DNA of 64,000 nucleotides from a virus: IMG/VR virus record IMGVR_UViG_3300027734_000038; one strand, written 5' to 3'. Shown here piece after piece: positions 1 to 8,250 of this stretch (positions within the stretch are counted from its first letter, which is position 1; each line of letters starts with the position of its first letter). The notes below the pieces were generated by a model. It did no database searches, was not told the DNA's origin, and worked only from the letters and a program-made list of their open reading frames with translations. The translations under genes and the position numbers were made by a program.

Positions 1-98
1 CAGGTCGGTATTATATGATAATTATACTGAAGCGTATAATCGTTATATTTCACTGGTTAATGATGGTTTTAGTAATGCTCGTATTGAAAGGATATAAT

Positions 99-302
99 AT
101 GAAGTTTATTGCAGATAATACACGGGTGATTGGTTTATTTAAAAATGAAGCGATTATCGGTACAGTAGAATCCAGTAGAATATATGGTAAGCGTATTGTA
201 TATACGGTTAATCTGGATACTCCAATATCATTAAGGTGGCGCTCCGATCCAGTATATACCATATTAATGGGACATAATGAGATTAAAGCGGCGCCGTTGT
301 AA
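99..302 (+). CDS. hypothetical protein
   Basis: ORF 15..302; ATG at 99 preceded by AAGGA is the likelier start. Confidence 0.55.
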   Translation: MKFIADNTRVIGLFKNEAIIGTVESSRIYGKRIVYTVNLDTPISLRWRSDPVYTILMGHNEIKAAPL

Positions 303-312
303 GGATACAACA
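295..312. promoter_or_regulatory. palindromic GTTG-N8-CAAC box, copy 1
   Basis: CGTTGTAAGGATACAACA, 58 bp upstream of the -35 at 371. Confidence 0.65.
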
Positions 313-370
313 GAAAAGTAGTGGTTAGTGATTATTCGCCAAGAATAGTCATTAGAATATGCCATATTGC

Positions 371-398
371 TTGTGGTCTATTCTAATGCCTGTATAAT
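371..398 (+). promoter_or_regulatory. early sigma70-type promoter
   Basis: TTGTGG-16 bp-TATAAT followed by GG; same motif recurs at 1872, 4202, 5423, 8251. Confidence 0.75.
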
Positions 399-450
399 GG
401 TTTTTTAAATACGGCATTACTCGATTGTAAATTTTGAGAATAGGAAATAT

Positions 451-1224
451 ATGAAATTATTATCGGTCGGCAATCCCAAGACCTTAAAGGGAATGAAGCA
501 AGGTTATAATACCTATATTCTTCATTTAGCACCATATACATTATCTGGTCATAATACCTGCCCTAAAGCAACCATTGGTTGTATTGATTCCTGCCTTAAT
601 ACGGCAGGTCGTGGTGGTATGTTTAAAAAAGGCGAGAATACTAATACTATTCAAAAGGCGAGAATTCGTAAAACTCAATTATTCTATGATAATCGGGAAG
701 AGTTTATGTCTTTATTAGTAAAAGATATTCTACTTGCCATTAAGCAATCTGAGAAAAAAGGTCTTATTCCTGTATTCAGATTAAATGGCACCTCTGATTT
801 ATCATGGGAAAAGTATTCAGCAAAATTAGGTAATGTAGTATATACTAACATATTCGAGGCATTCCCTAATATTCAGTTTTATGATTATACCAAGGTGCTC
901 GGTCGTAAAGTAAAAGGCATTACTAATTATCACCTTACATTCTCTATGGCAGATGGTAATTACTTGGATTGTAAACAGGCGGTTATTGAAGGTCTTAATA
1001 TTGCGGTTGTATTTGGTATTAAGAAAGGCACCAAAATGCCTGAGAAATTCTTTAATTCTAATATGACCGTATTTAATGGTGATGAGTCTGATTTACGCTT
1101 TCTTGATCCAAAGAATAGTGTTATCGGTCTATATGCCAAAGGTAAGGCAAAGAAGGATATTAGCGGTTTCGTAAAATATCCAGTAGGTAATGATTATCAG
1201 TATACGATTAAGATTGCCGCTTAA
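451..1224 (+). CDS. GP88-family (Gene product 88-like) protein with three-Cys motif
   Basis: CPKATIGCIDSCLNTAGRG, FRLNGTSD, QFYDYTK, GDESDLRFLD motifs typical of this phage family. Confidence 0.65.
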   Translation: MKLLSVGNPKTLKGMKQGYNTYILHLAPYTLSGHNTCPKATIGCIDSCLNTAGRGGMFKKGENTNTIQKARIRKTQLFYDNREEFMSLLVKDILLAIKQSEKKGLIPVFRLNGTSDLSWEKYSAKLGNVVYTNIFEAFPNIQFYDYTKVLGRKVKGITNYHLTFSMADGNYLDCKQAVIEGLNIAVVFGIKKGTKMPEKFFNSNMTVFNGDESDLRFLDPKNSVIGLYAKGKAKKDISGFVKYPVGNDYQYTIKIAA

Positions 1225-1274
1225 TAGTTTTATAGTAACCACTAACAATATAGTGGTTATTAGTAAGATTATTA
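1222..1274 (+). other. long intergenic hairpin (about 23 bp stem)
   Basis: core TAACCACTA-ACAATA-TAGTGGTTA extends with G-U pairs and one bulge from 1222 to 1274. Confidence 0.55.
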
Positions 1275-1286
1275 TAAGGAGGTAGT

Positions 1287-1406
1287 ATGAAAACTGTATA
1301 TTGCTGTGGTGGTGAAGAATGGGAGAGTTTAGAATTGGCAATTCAATACGCCAACCATGTTTATATGACCCAAGGCATTATCCTTGGTATTGAAAAGGTA
1401 GAATAA
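1287..1406 (+). CDS. small hypothetical protein (39 aa, not in ORF track)
   Basis: strong SD AAGGAGG then ATG; MKTVYCCGGEEWESLELAIQ...; stop just before next ATG. Confidence 0.6.
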   Translation: MKTVYCCGGEEWESLELAIQYANHVYMTQGIILGIEKVE

Positions 1407-1407
1407 T

Positions 1408-1707
1408 ATGGACTTATTTGAATTAATTGATGAGGTGACAGAAATCACCGATAATTATGTTGCTCAAATGTGGCAAGTGCCGGCAAAACAATTAGGTCTT
1501 GACCATCGGTGCGGTAAACTGTTTGCAAATGCAGATTGTATTGCTGTATATAAAGCAAATGACCGTGCCTTACAGTATTATGGTGGTTTTGAATATGTTG
1601 ATTCTGAATATCGGCATGAAATGGGTGAATTTGTATTCTATTCGGCTGAAGATGATAGAGTCCAAGGTCATTTGCAAGATTATTTAAATAAAGTAGAGGC
1701 AGAATAA
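1408..1707 (+). CDS. hypothetical protein
   Basis: 99-aa ORF in co-directional early string. Confidence 0.7.
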   Translation: MDLFELIDEVTEITDNYVAQMWQVPAKQLGLDHRCGKLFANADCIAVYKANDRALQYYGGFEYVDSEYRHEMGEFVFYSAEDDRVQGHLQDYLNKVEAE

Positions 1708-1708
1708 A

Positions 1709-1858
1709 ATGAATACATGGCAATTTGTGGTAAGTGAATTAAAATCACTCCAACAAGGTTTTAATGATGACCAAGCGATTGCGGAATTGTTTGTGGAACA
1801 GAAGCTGTTGCGTGGATACAACATAACCAAAAGTAAAGACCAAGTATACCATGCCTAA
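1709..1858 (+). CDS. small hypothetical protein (49 aa, not in ORF track)
   Basis: MNTWQFVVSELKSLQQGF...; starts 2 nt after previous stop, GAGG upstream. Confidence 0.5.
   Translation: MNTWQFVVSELKSLQQGFNDDQAIAELFVEQKLLRGYNITKSKDQVYHA
1806..1823. promoter_or_regulatory. palindromic TGTTG-N8-CAACA box, copy 2
   Basis: TGTTGCGTGGATACAACA, 48 bp upstream of -35 at 1872. Confidence 0.65.
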
Positions 1859-1871
1859 CATGACAAAACGC

Positions 1872-1899
1872 TTGTGGTATTCATTGGTACCTGTATAAT
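1872..1899 (+). promoter_or_regulatory. early sigma70-type promoter
   Basis: TTGTGG-16 bp-TATAAT(GG). Confidence 0.75.
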
Positions 1900-1926
1900 G
1901 GTTTTATTAATTGATTAGGAGATTAT

Positions 1927-2208
1927 ATGTTGAAATTTGAAGGTATTGCAAAAGTTGGTGATATTATTCGTGCATACGATTTTAAACCAATGGCAGGTCG
2001 TGATGATGCTTTTATTGAAGGTGTTGTAATTGATGCTAATAGTAATGAATCGGGTTTTAGTTCTTATAAGATAAAAGTTACGGTCGATAAGTTTAAAAAA
2101 TACGAAACCAAAGTTTCTGCTAGAAACCGTGTTGAGCAGATTGCTTTTGTACCACACCAAACCAGTTTTATGGAATTTGATTTTCGTGTAATCAATTTAA
2201 GTGAGTGA
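1927..2208 (+). CDS. hypothetical protein
   Basis: SD AGGAG; 93-aa ORF directly after promoter. Confidence 0.75.
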   Translation: MLKFEGIAKVGDIIRAYDFKPMAGRDDAFIEGVVIDANSNESGFSSYKIKVTVDKFKKYETKVSARNRVEQIAFVPHQTSFMEFDFRVINLSE

Positions 2209-2218
2209 GAGGTTACTA

Positions 2219-2413
2219 ATGAGTAGAAAAATCAATCATTTTATTACTGAATTGGTTGCTGAAGATGTCAAAGATATTAAAAAGCTGAAAAAGGCGGAGT
2301 TGTTTACTTTGACGGTTCAGTTATTAGAGAATAATTATCGTGAATTGCATAATGATACTATTGTAGAATTGTATGAAAATGTTTTTCACACTTATGTAAG
2401 GAATGCAGGATGA
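2219..2413 (+). CDS. hypothetical protein
   Basis: GAGAGG SD before ATG 2219. Confidence 0.65.
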   Translation: MSRKINHFITELVAEDVKDIKKLKKAELFTLTVQLLENNYRELHNDTIVELYENVFHTYVRNAG

Positions 2414-2727
2414 ATACAATGAATTTTCGTTTAAAAGAAATAGCGATGTGCCAAGCATTAGAGAGTTATCAGGCACCAGCCAATTTTCGTTCCACTTATA
2501 AGGCAGTACCAATTGCTTTATATGAAGAAGTGAAACGGTTTATTGATTTTACCAAGTATTATGTTTGTTTTCGTGGTCCCCGCTTTAATGGTAGTTATTC
2601 TACCCGTAAGCGTGATGCTTATGCTTTTGATGTATACCAGCGTAGCGACCGTGATACCAGAGAAATTCGTATTGAGCGTGATGCCTTTAATCGTGGTGTC
2701 CGTTGGGCAAATAATAGGAGTCATTAA
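2410..2727 (+). CDS. hypothetical protein
   Basis: ATGA overlap with previous gene. Confidence 0.65.
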   Translation: MNTMNFRLKEIAMCQALESYQAPANFRSTYKAVPIALYEEVKRFIDFTKYYVCFRGPRFNGSYSTRKRDAYAFDVYQRSDRDTREIRIERDAFNRGVRWANNRSH

Positions 2728-2729
2728 TT

Positions 2730-2918
2730 ATGACACAAAGCGAATTGATTAAAAAGTTAGAACAGGCACAAAGCCTGCTTTCGGATGTTTATCATTGGGC
2801 AGATACCAAAGGTGCTGGTGAATTGAAGGTAAGTGCTCATGTTGCATCTTTGATGAGTTGTGCTGATGACTGTATTATTGAAACGATTGACTATTTAACA
2901 GGTGAAAATGATGAATAA
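2730..2918 (+). CDS. hypothetical protein
   Basis: AGGAG SD; 62 aa. Confidence 0.65.
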   Translation: MTQSELIKKLEQAQSLLSDVYHWADTKGAGELKVSAHVASLMSCADDCIIETIDYLTGENDE

Positions 2919-3102
2919 TGTATATATTGTAAAATCTGGTCAATTGGTAGATTTTAGTGGATGGGAATGGTTGAATCTCCGAGCTTTTACTGATTATGAT
3001 AAGGCAGAAGAATTTATGTGGTCAGTTGAAAAACAGATTAAACCAGAAGATTTAGGTGAAAAAGAAGATGTGCATATTGAAACATTAACATTAGAGGTGT
3101 AA
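2911..3102 (+). CDS. hypothetical protein
   Basis: overlapping start, packed early string. Confidence 0.6.
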   Translation: MNNVYIVKSGQLVDFSGWEWLNLRAFTDYDKAEEFMWSVEKQIKPEDLGEKEDVHIETLTLEV

Positions 3103-3103
3103 T

Positions 3104-3349
3104 ATGAGTGGTAATCATTTTGATGGTATGAGTGTGGACGAATTACAATCGTATTTCTCCGATTTCTATAAAGATTATTATGGTTTTCGTCCTCGTTTTG
3201 CAACACCAGAACAATGGATTAATCGTGAGTGGTTGATACAAAGCATTAATGGCATCCATGATGCTTTTGATGCTATGAAGAAAACGGCAAGTGGTCGTGA
3301 ACAGTTGCGTGCTGAAGGTTGGCAAATTGATGAAAGTGAGTTTGTATGA
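3104..3349 (+). CDS. hypothetical protein
   Basis: GAGGTG SD; SDFYKDYYGFRPR motif. Confidence 0.7.
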   Translation: MSGNHFDGMSVDELQSYFSDFYKDYYGFRPRFATPEQWINREWLIQSINGIHDAFDAMKKTASGREQLRAEGWQIDESEFV

Positions 3350-3519
3350 GTTATGATTCAGATTTCGAAAGAGTTTACATGGTTGAATTTCAATCGGGTA
3401 GGGTTATTCATATTGGCCAATATACGGTTCAAGATGTATTGGAATATTGTGCTGATGAGCATGAAGGTGAAGTTATTAAATCAATCTATGAAGAAGTTTA
3501 TAGTAAGTGGGAAGAATAA
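3346..3519 (+). CDS. small hypothetical protein (57 aa, not in ORF track)
   Basis: ATGA overlap upstream and TAATG overlap downstream; MSYDSDFERVYMVEF... Confidence 0.6.
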   Translation: MSYDSDFERVYMVEFQSGRVIHIGQYTVQDVLEYCADEHEGEVIKSIYEEVYSKWEE

Positions 3520-3809
3520 TGGCAATTAGATATTCTACCAATTGGATGGGACCAATCAGTAAACAATGGTACAATGATAGAGACCTTGAATTGTGGACTT
3601 ATTCCGCAGGTCGTATTGATTGTCGTGGTGAAGGATTGGGACCATACGGTGAAGAATTATATTTGGCACCAATGCTTACCGAAGATTGGGTCAGATTTAC
3701 TAAATGGTTGAATACATTTGAAACTGATGCAATGTGGAATTTAAAAGATTTGGTTGAATTGTATGAAAGAGTAAATCCAAAAATTACTTGGGCTGAAGGA
3801 TATGAATAA
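3519..3809 (+). CDS. hypothetical protein
   Basis: TAATG coupling at both ends. Confidence 0.65.
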   Translation: MAIRYSTNWMGPISKQWYNDRDLELWTYSAGRIDCRGEGLGPYGEELYLAPMLTEDWVRFTKWLNTFETDAMWNLKDLVELYERVNPKITWAEGYE

Positions 3810-4198
3810 TGGGTATTAGTGCATATAAAGAAGTTACAGAATGGGATAATTCGGAGTTTGTGGTGCCGAACCATACTTATTTGTTTGATGGCAAATCCAA
3901 TATTCTGGCATATGCCAAGGCGAGCAATGATGAGTTGGTGATAATGAATAAACCAATGAAGATTGATACCCGTAGGCGTAAGTTTGAGAAGGTCAGACAC
4001 CGTGCCTTGGAAGCGTTTGGTAAAACATTGGAGAGCGTGCAGGAGGCGCCCGAAGGCATTGCTGTGAAGTCCGATAGTGGTAAGACTTACTATATTACGG
4101 AAAGTAATGGAAACTATCGGTGTAATTGCGTGGGGTTTGGTTATCGTGGAAAGTGTAAGCATATAGATGTTGCTAGGAAACAACAGTCTGGTAAATAA
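3809..4198 (+). CDS. SWIM-type zinc finger protein
   Basis: C-terminal YRCNCVGFGYRGKCKHI (CxC...CxH). Confidence 0.7.
   Translation: MGISAYKEVTEWDNSEFVVPNHTYLFDGKSNILAYAKASNDELVIMNKPMKIDTRRRKFEKVRHRALEAFGKTLESVQEAPEGIAVKSDSGKTYYITESNGNYRCNCVGFGYRGKCKHIDVARKQQSGK
4168..4185. promoter_or_regulatory. palindromic TGTTG-N8-CAACA box, copy 3
   Basis: TGTTGCTAGGAAACAACA, 16 bp upstream of -35 at 4202. Confidence 0.65.
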
Positions 4199-4201
4199 TG
4201 C

Positions 4202-4229
4202 TTGTGGTATTCTGTGGTTCGTGTATAAT
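4202..4229 (+). promoter_or_regulatory. early sigma70-type promoter
   Basis: TTGTGG-16 bp-TATAAT(GG). Confidence 0.75.
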
Positions 4230-4255
4230 GGTTGTTTTAGTGAGTGAGGAATAAT

Positions 4256-5128
4256 ATGTCAGAAATTAAATATGTTAATGGAAAATACACCGCCACAATT
4301 AATGGCAAAACCGTGAAGCGTAGCAATTTGAAGCATTTAGAATATGTCCTCAAAAAAGCAGGCAAACAATCTGTATCAGAACCAACACAATCAAAATTTA
4401 CAATCAACCAACGATTTGGTTTTTTATCTGATATGATTGTAATGCTTGCCAAAGGTGACCAACCCTCCGTTGTAGTAACGGGACCTGGTGGTTTGGGCAA
4501 ATCTCATACAGTTACCACTACATTGAGAAAAGCTGGACTCAAAGATATGTCCATTCTTGATGACTATGAGATTGGCGCCCAAGTACCAAAAAATGCGTTT
4601 GTTGTAATTAAAGGTTATTCTACACCTAAAGGTTTGTATCGTACCTTGTATGAGAACCGTAATTCAATTATTGTATTTGATGATTGTGATTCAGTATTAA
4701 AAGATCCTGTATCATTGAACATATTGAAAGGTGCTTTAGATTCTTACTCAAAGCGTATCATTTCATGGCGTGCAGATATTAAAGATGAAGATTTACCGAC
4801 CTCATTTGAATTTAAAGGTCGTGTGGTGTTTATCTCTAATATGTCCTCATCACAATTAGACCAAGCAATCATTTCACGGTCTATGTCAGTTGATGTGACA
4901 ATGACAGCAACACAAAAAGTAGAGCGTATGCGTTTCTTGGTGAAAGAAAAAGATTTCATGCCTGATTTTGATTTGGTTGCAAAGAATGATGCTTTGAATT
5001 TGATTGCCAAGTTGGTTGACAATGTAAAAGAATTATCTTTGCGGACTTTGATTCAAGTAACCAAGATTCGTAAATCTAATCCTAATAATAATTGGAAAGA
5101 ATTGGCAGAATATGCCATTTGTGGATAA
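4256..5128 (+). CDS. P-loop AAA-type ATPase
   Basis: Walker A GPGGLGKS, Walker B IIVFDDCD, sensor-like VFISN. Confidence 0.8.
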   Translation: MSEIKYVNGKYTATINGKTVKRSNLKHLEYVLKKAGKQSVSEPTQSKFTINQRFGFLSDMIVMLAKGDQPSVVVTGPGGLGKSHTVTTTLRKAGLKDMSILDDYEIGAQVPKNAFVVIKGYSTPKGLYRTLYENRNSIIVFDDCDSVLKDPVSLNILKGALDSYSKRIISWRADIKDEDLPTSFEFKGRVVFISNMSSSQLDQAIISRSMSVDVTMTATQKVERMRFLVKEKDFMPDFDLVAKNDALNLIAKLVDNVKELSLRTLIQVTKIRKSNPNNNWKELAEYAICG

Positions 5129-5129
5129 T

Positions 5130-5399
5130 ATGAAAACTAGAAAATACTCAAAGACTGTAAAAGATTGGTTTAATAATTTCAAATCTTGTTATGGCAATCC
5201 GTCTATTAAAGATGAAGCAGAAAGTTTTTATAATGCTGGGTTCGATGATGGTGCAGGTTGTATGTGTAGTGCCATGAGAGAAGCAGGAGTACCATTAGAT
5301 AAAATCATTGAGGTGTATTCAAAGTTTGATCCTAAAGGTGAATCGATTAGTTATGGTATGATTATGGAAGATTGGGCAGATGAGGAATGTGTTGCTTGA
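5130..5399 (+). CDS. hypothetical protein
   Basis: ATG 2 nt after previous stop. Confidence 0.6.
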   Translation: MKTRKYSKTVKDWFNNFKSCYGNPSIKDEAESFYNAGFDDGAGCMCSAMREAGVPLDKIIEVYSKFDPKGESISYGMIMEDWADEECVA

Positions 5400-5407
5400 A
5401 AACAACG
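5390..5407. promoter_or_regulatory. palindromic GTTG-N8-CAAC box, copy 4
   Basis: TGTTGCTTGAAAACAACG, 15 bp upstream of -35 at 5423. Confidence 0.6.
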
Positions 5408-5422
5408 GACTGAAAATATTTC

Positions 5423-5450
5423 TTGACTTATGGTGCGGTACCTGTATAAT
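5423..5450 (+). promoter_or_regulatory. early sigma70-type promoter
   Basis: TTGACT-16 bp-TATAAT(GG). Confidence 0.75.
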
Positions 5451-5484
5451 GGTACATTAAATATGATTATTGTGAAAGGCGTAT

Positions 5485-6651
5485 ATGGCAGATTTAAATA
5501 AAAACGGCATTGCTTTTGTGCAGGCTGCTGAAAAGATTTTTGGTGTTGGTGCAGTATTGACCAGAGATGGTATCGCTCACGTGGTGAGTGAAACTGGCGT
5601 ACCATATCCATATTGGTTTGTTACCAAAACAGAATATCGTAATGGTCCCCGTGGTGAGTATTTGTTGCCTAATATTGGCACCAAGAAAACAGCCAAAGCA
5701 TCGGCACCTGTAGTAGAAGAAGAATTAGAAGTTGCGCTTCAGGCTCAAGTGTTAGAATTCCGTCAACCAAAAATGATTGATGAATCTGATTCTGCCGTGC
5801 CTGCTAAATGGCCTGATTATGTGCCATTTGGTTTCTATAAAGATATGAAGAATATCATTAATAGCAAGGCATTCTATCCTGTATTCGTTACTGGTTTATC
5901 AGGCAACGGCAAGACCTTGATGGTTGAGCAAGTGTGTGCTGAATTGAATCGTGAGTGTATTCGTGTGAATATCTCCATTGAAACAGATGAAACCGACCTA
6001 CTTGGTGGTCCTACTCTTATCAATGGTAATGTGGTCAATCGTGATGGTCCGGTTCTTCAGGCGATGAAGAAAGGTGCCGTATTGTTGATTGACGAAGTAG
6101 ACCGTGGTTCTAATAAGTTGATGTGTTTGCAAGGCATTCTTGAAGGCAAACCATACTACAATAAGAAAACTGGTGAAGTGGTAACACCTGCCAATGGTTT
6201 CACAGTAGTAGCAACGGCAAATACCAAAGGTCGTGGTAGTGAAGAAGGTCGTTATCTATCGCAAGTGCTTGACGATGCTTTCTTAGAAAGATTCCCAATC
6301 ACCGTAGAACAGGAATATCCTGATGCCAAAACTGAGAAGAAAATTCTTACACCGTTAATTGACGATAAAGAATTTGTTGAGAACCTTTGCCAATGGGCAG
6401 ATGTGGTTCGCCAGACTTTTGACCAAGGTGCTACTGACGAGATTATCTCTACTCGCCGATTGGTACATATTGCCAAAGCGTATGGAATTTTCAAAGACCG
6501 CATGAAAGCAATTACATTGTGCGTGAATCGTTTTGATGCCGAAACAAAAATGGCATTTTTAGATTTGTATTCAAAAGTGGATGCTACTGTCGAATCACCA
6601 GCGAATACAAGTACCACAGTTGCAAGTGCCGAAACACCGGTACAACAATAG
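5485..6651 (+). CDS. MoxR/CbbQ-type AAA+ ATPase (phage CobS-like)
   Basis: GLSGNGKT, LLIDEVDRG, ATANTKGRG, LDDAFLERF, ISTRRLVHI. Confidence 0.85.
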   Translation: MADLNKNGIAFVQAAEKIFGVGAVLTRDGIAHVVSETGVPYPYWFVTKTEYRNGPRGEYLLPNIGTKKTAKASAPVVEEELEVALQAQVLEFRQPKMIDESDSAVPAKWPDYVPFGFYKDMKNIINSKAFYPVFVTGLSGNGKTLMVEQVCAELNRECIRVNISIETDETDLLGGPTLINGNVVNRDGPVLQAMKKGAVLLIDEVDRGSNKLMCLQGILEGKPYYNKKTGEVVTPANGFTVVATANTKGRGSEEGRYLSQVLDDAFLERFPITVEQEYPDAKTEKKILTPLIDDKEFVENLCQWADVVRQTFDQGATDEIISTRRLVHIAKAYGIFKDRMKAITLCVNRFDAETKMAFLDLYSKVDATVESPANTSTTVASAETPVQQ

Positions 6652-6662
6652 TGGTAAACAAC

Positions 6663-6701
6663 CAAGGACTGGTTGCCAACCAACCGTCCTTGTGTTACAA
6701 T
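6663..6701 (+). promoter_or_regulatory. sigma70-type promoter embedded in an inverted repeat
   Basis: TTGCCA(6673)-17 bp-TACAAT(6696) with TGn extension; CAAGGAC-T-GGTTG...CAACC-GTCCTTG hairpin covers the -35. Confidence 0.55.
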
Positions 6702-6755
6702 GGCAGTTCAAGTAGTATTTTATATTATGTTTAATTTGATTAGGAGTATTATACA

Positions 6756-7097
6756 ATGGCATTAACAGTTCGCAAAGGCAAAATCAACCGTCATGAAAAA
6801 ATTACCCAAGTATTATTGAGTGGTAAGCCTGTTTCACCAGACGAAATCATGGCTGTGTTTAAAGGCACAGACCAAGAGAGCGTGCTGTACCGCCTCTCGA
6901 CCAACATCTATAACATTCGTAAAGATGGTGGTATTGTGAAAGTTATTAAATCTGGCCGTAAGGTGACAGGTTATCAGTTGGTTAACTTCACAGAGTTCGA
7001 CAAGAACGGCCGTTACCAAGGCAAAACAGTTGCTAAGGCATCACCTGCACCTGTTGCTTCAGTAAAACCCGCAACAGTCCAACCTGTTACAGCGTAA
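6756..7097 (+). CDS. putative winged helix-turn-helix DNA-binding protein
   Basis: LLSGKPVSPDEI...RLSTNIYNIRKDGGIV followed by beta-hairpin and YQL; basic; AGGAG SD. Confidence 0.55.
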   Translation: MALTVRKGKINRHEKITQVLLSGKPVSPDEIMAVFKGTDQESVLYRLSTNIYNIRKDGGIVKVIKSGRKVTGYQLVNFTEFDKNGRYQGKTVAKASPAPVASVKPATVQPVTA

Positions 7098-7104
7098 GAA
7101 GTAA

Positions 7105-7202
7105 AATATGGCCCCTCGGGAGAGGCCGCCATATTGAAGCATTTACCCGAACCGATTATTCTGGTAGCAAGGCGAAACGCCGGTAAGTGCTTCAATATGG
7201 TG
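7105..7202 (+). ncRNA. candidate structured RNA element
   Basis: CCATATTGAAGCATTTACC pairs with GGTAAGTGCTTCAATATGG (19 bp, one G-U), enclosing GGCG-AAA-CGCC hairpin. Confidence 0.5.
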
Positions 7203-7245
7203 TGTACCATAGTGTGAGTATTATATTTTATATTATGAGGATGTT

Positions 7246-7722
7246 ATGAAGAAATCTCAAGTCAAACGTATTACAGGTTTTTCTGATTATGGTGTTACTA
7301 AAGATGGTCAAGTTATTTCTTATCGTAGAAATTCTGAAGGTGTTGCTCTAACACCATCCACAAGCAATGGTTACGAAAAGGTATCTTTGCAAGGCAAGAA
7401 AGGCAAAGGAAACTTTCAGGTGCACCGATTGGTTGCTATGATGTTCTTGCGTAAGAAAAAGAATTGCAATATTGTCAATCACATTGATGGTGATAAGTTA
7501 AACAATAAATTCAGCAATTTGGAATGGACTACTCGTAGTGGTAACGCACAACATTATGAAAAGACTATTGCACCAAAATACAAAGCAGACCGAAAGCAGA
7601 AAAAACATGATGACTTGACAACAAGATTATCTATCATTTCTTATGCTCAAAGTGCTTGCACATCCAATCCTGAATTGTTCCAATCTATCGTTGCAACAGC
7701 TTTACATGGCGTAAAGTTTTAA
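7246..7722 (+). CDS. free-standing HNH endonuclease with NUMOD4-like N-terminus
   Basis: ITGFSDYGVTKDGQVIS; VHRLVA...VNHIDGDKLNNKFSNLEW. Confidence 0.85.
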   Translation: MKKSQVKRITGFSDYGVTKDGQVISYRRNSEGVALTPSTSNGYEKVSLQGKKGKGNFQVHRLVAMMFLRKKKNCNIVNHIDGDKLNNKFSNLEWTTRSGNAQHYEKTIAPKYKADRKQKKHDDLTTRLSIISYAQSACTSNPELFQSIVATALHGVKF

Positions 7723-7724
7723 TC

Positions 7725-7943
7725 ATGGACTGGATTCTAGTTTTTTACCTCAATACTCCATTGAATTATCAAGTCCATTCGGACTATAAATTGAGAGAAG
7801 ATTGCCTTTCTAAGGCAATTTACTACAATGGAGTTTTCAATACAGTTGATACAAAATTGGTTGCAGTTTGTAAACCAAAAGAGTTCAAACAGTATGCAAA
7901 GAATCAAAACAAATTAATATATAAAACATATACGGTGAGATAA
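7725..7943 (+). CDS. hypothetical protein
   Basis: 72-aa ORF, MDWILVF start, two Cys. Confidence 0.6.
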   Translation: MDWILVFYLNTPLNYQVHSDYKLREDCLSKAIYYNGVFNTVDTKLVAVCKPKEFKQYAKNQNKLIYKTYTVR

Positions 7944-8032
7944 TGAAAACTTTTATTGTTGGTATTATTATAATTGCCATTATTGCTTTTTTAGCATGGA
8001 CTTCAATGAAGCTCAATCAATCAGGAAAATAG
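7943..8032 (+). CDS. 29-aa single-TM peptide (not in ORF track)
   Basis: TAATG coupling; MKTFIVGIIIIAIIAFLAWTSMKLNQSGK. Confidence 0.45.
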   Translation: MKTFIVGIIIIAIIAFLAWTSMKLNQSGK

Positions 8033-8214
8033 TAGTGTCCATTATTCTTTTAATATTCTGTATTGCTTGTGCCTTTGGAGCTGGTCGTGAGTATGAGTCC
8101 AAAGGCACCTTAGAACACTCACCAGGAGCGCTTGGATTGCTTCTGGTTTGTTCTTTGGTACTAGGTCTCATCGTCATTGGTATACTCTCTCCTACAACGA
8201 TTTGGTTAGACTAA
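7996..8214 (+). CDS. small membrane protein (2 TM), start uncertain
   Basis: two hydrophobic segments. Confidence 0.45.
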   Translation: MDFNEAQSIRKIVVSIILLIFCIACAFGAGREYESKGTLEHSPGALGLLLVCSLVLGLIVIGILSPTTIWLD

Positions 8215-8217
8215 ACC

Positions 8218-8235
8218 TGTTGTATCCATGCAACA
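8218..8235. promoter_or_regulatory. palindromic TGTTG-N8-CAACA box, copy 5 (inverted)
   Basis: TGTTGTATCCATGCAACA is 17/18 identical to the reverse complement of copy 2. Confidence 0.7.
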
Positions 8236-8250
8236 AACATCAAATAACGC

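Noticed and set aside
3599-4183. 194-aa antisense ORF and other short minus-strand ORFs in the early region
   Set aside because: They fully overlap well-supported plus-strand genes and carry no recognisable motifs.
7105-7202. tRNA gene or group I intron around the HNH gene
   Set aside because: No T-arm GTTCRA or cloverleaf. Flanking ORFs appear intact and no intron core motifs were recognised.
295-8235. GTTG-N8-CAAC boxes as LexA SOS boxes or CRISPR repeats
   Set aside because: The proteobacterial SOS box is CTGT-N8-ACAG, and the copies are kilobases apart with no spacer array.
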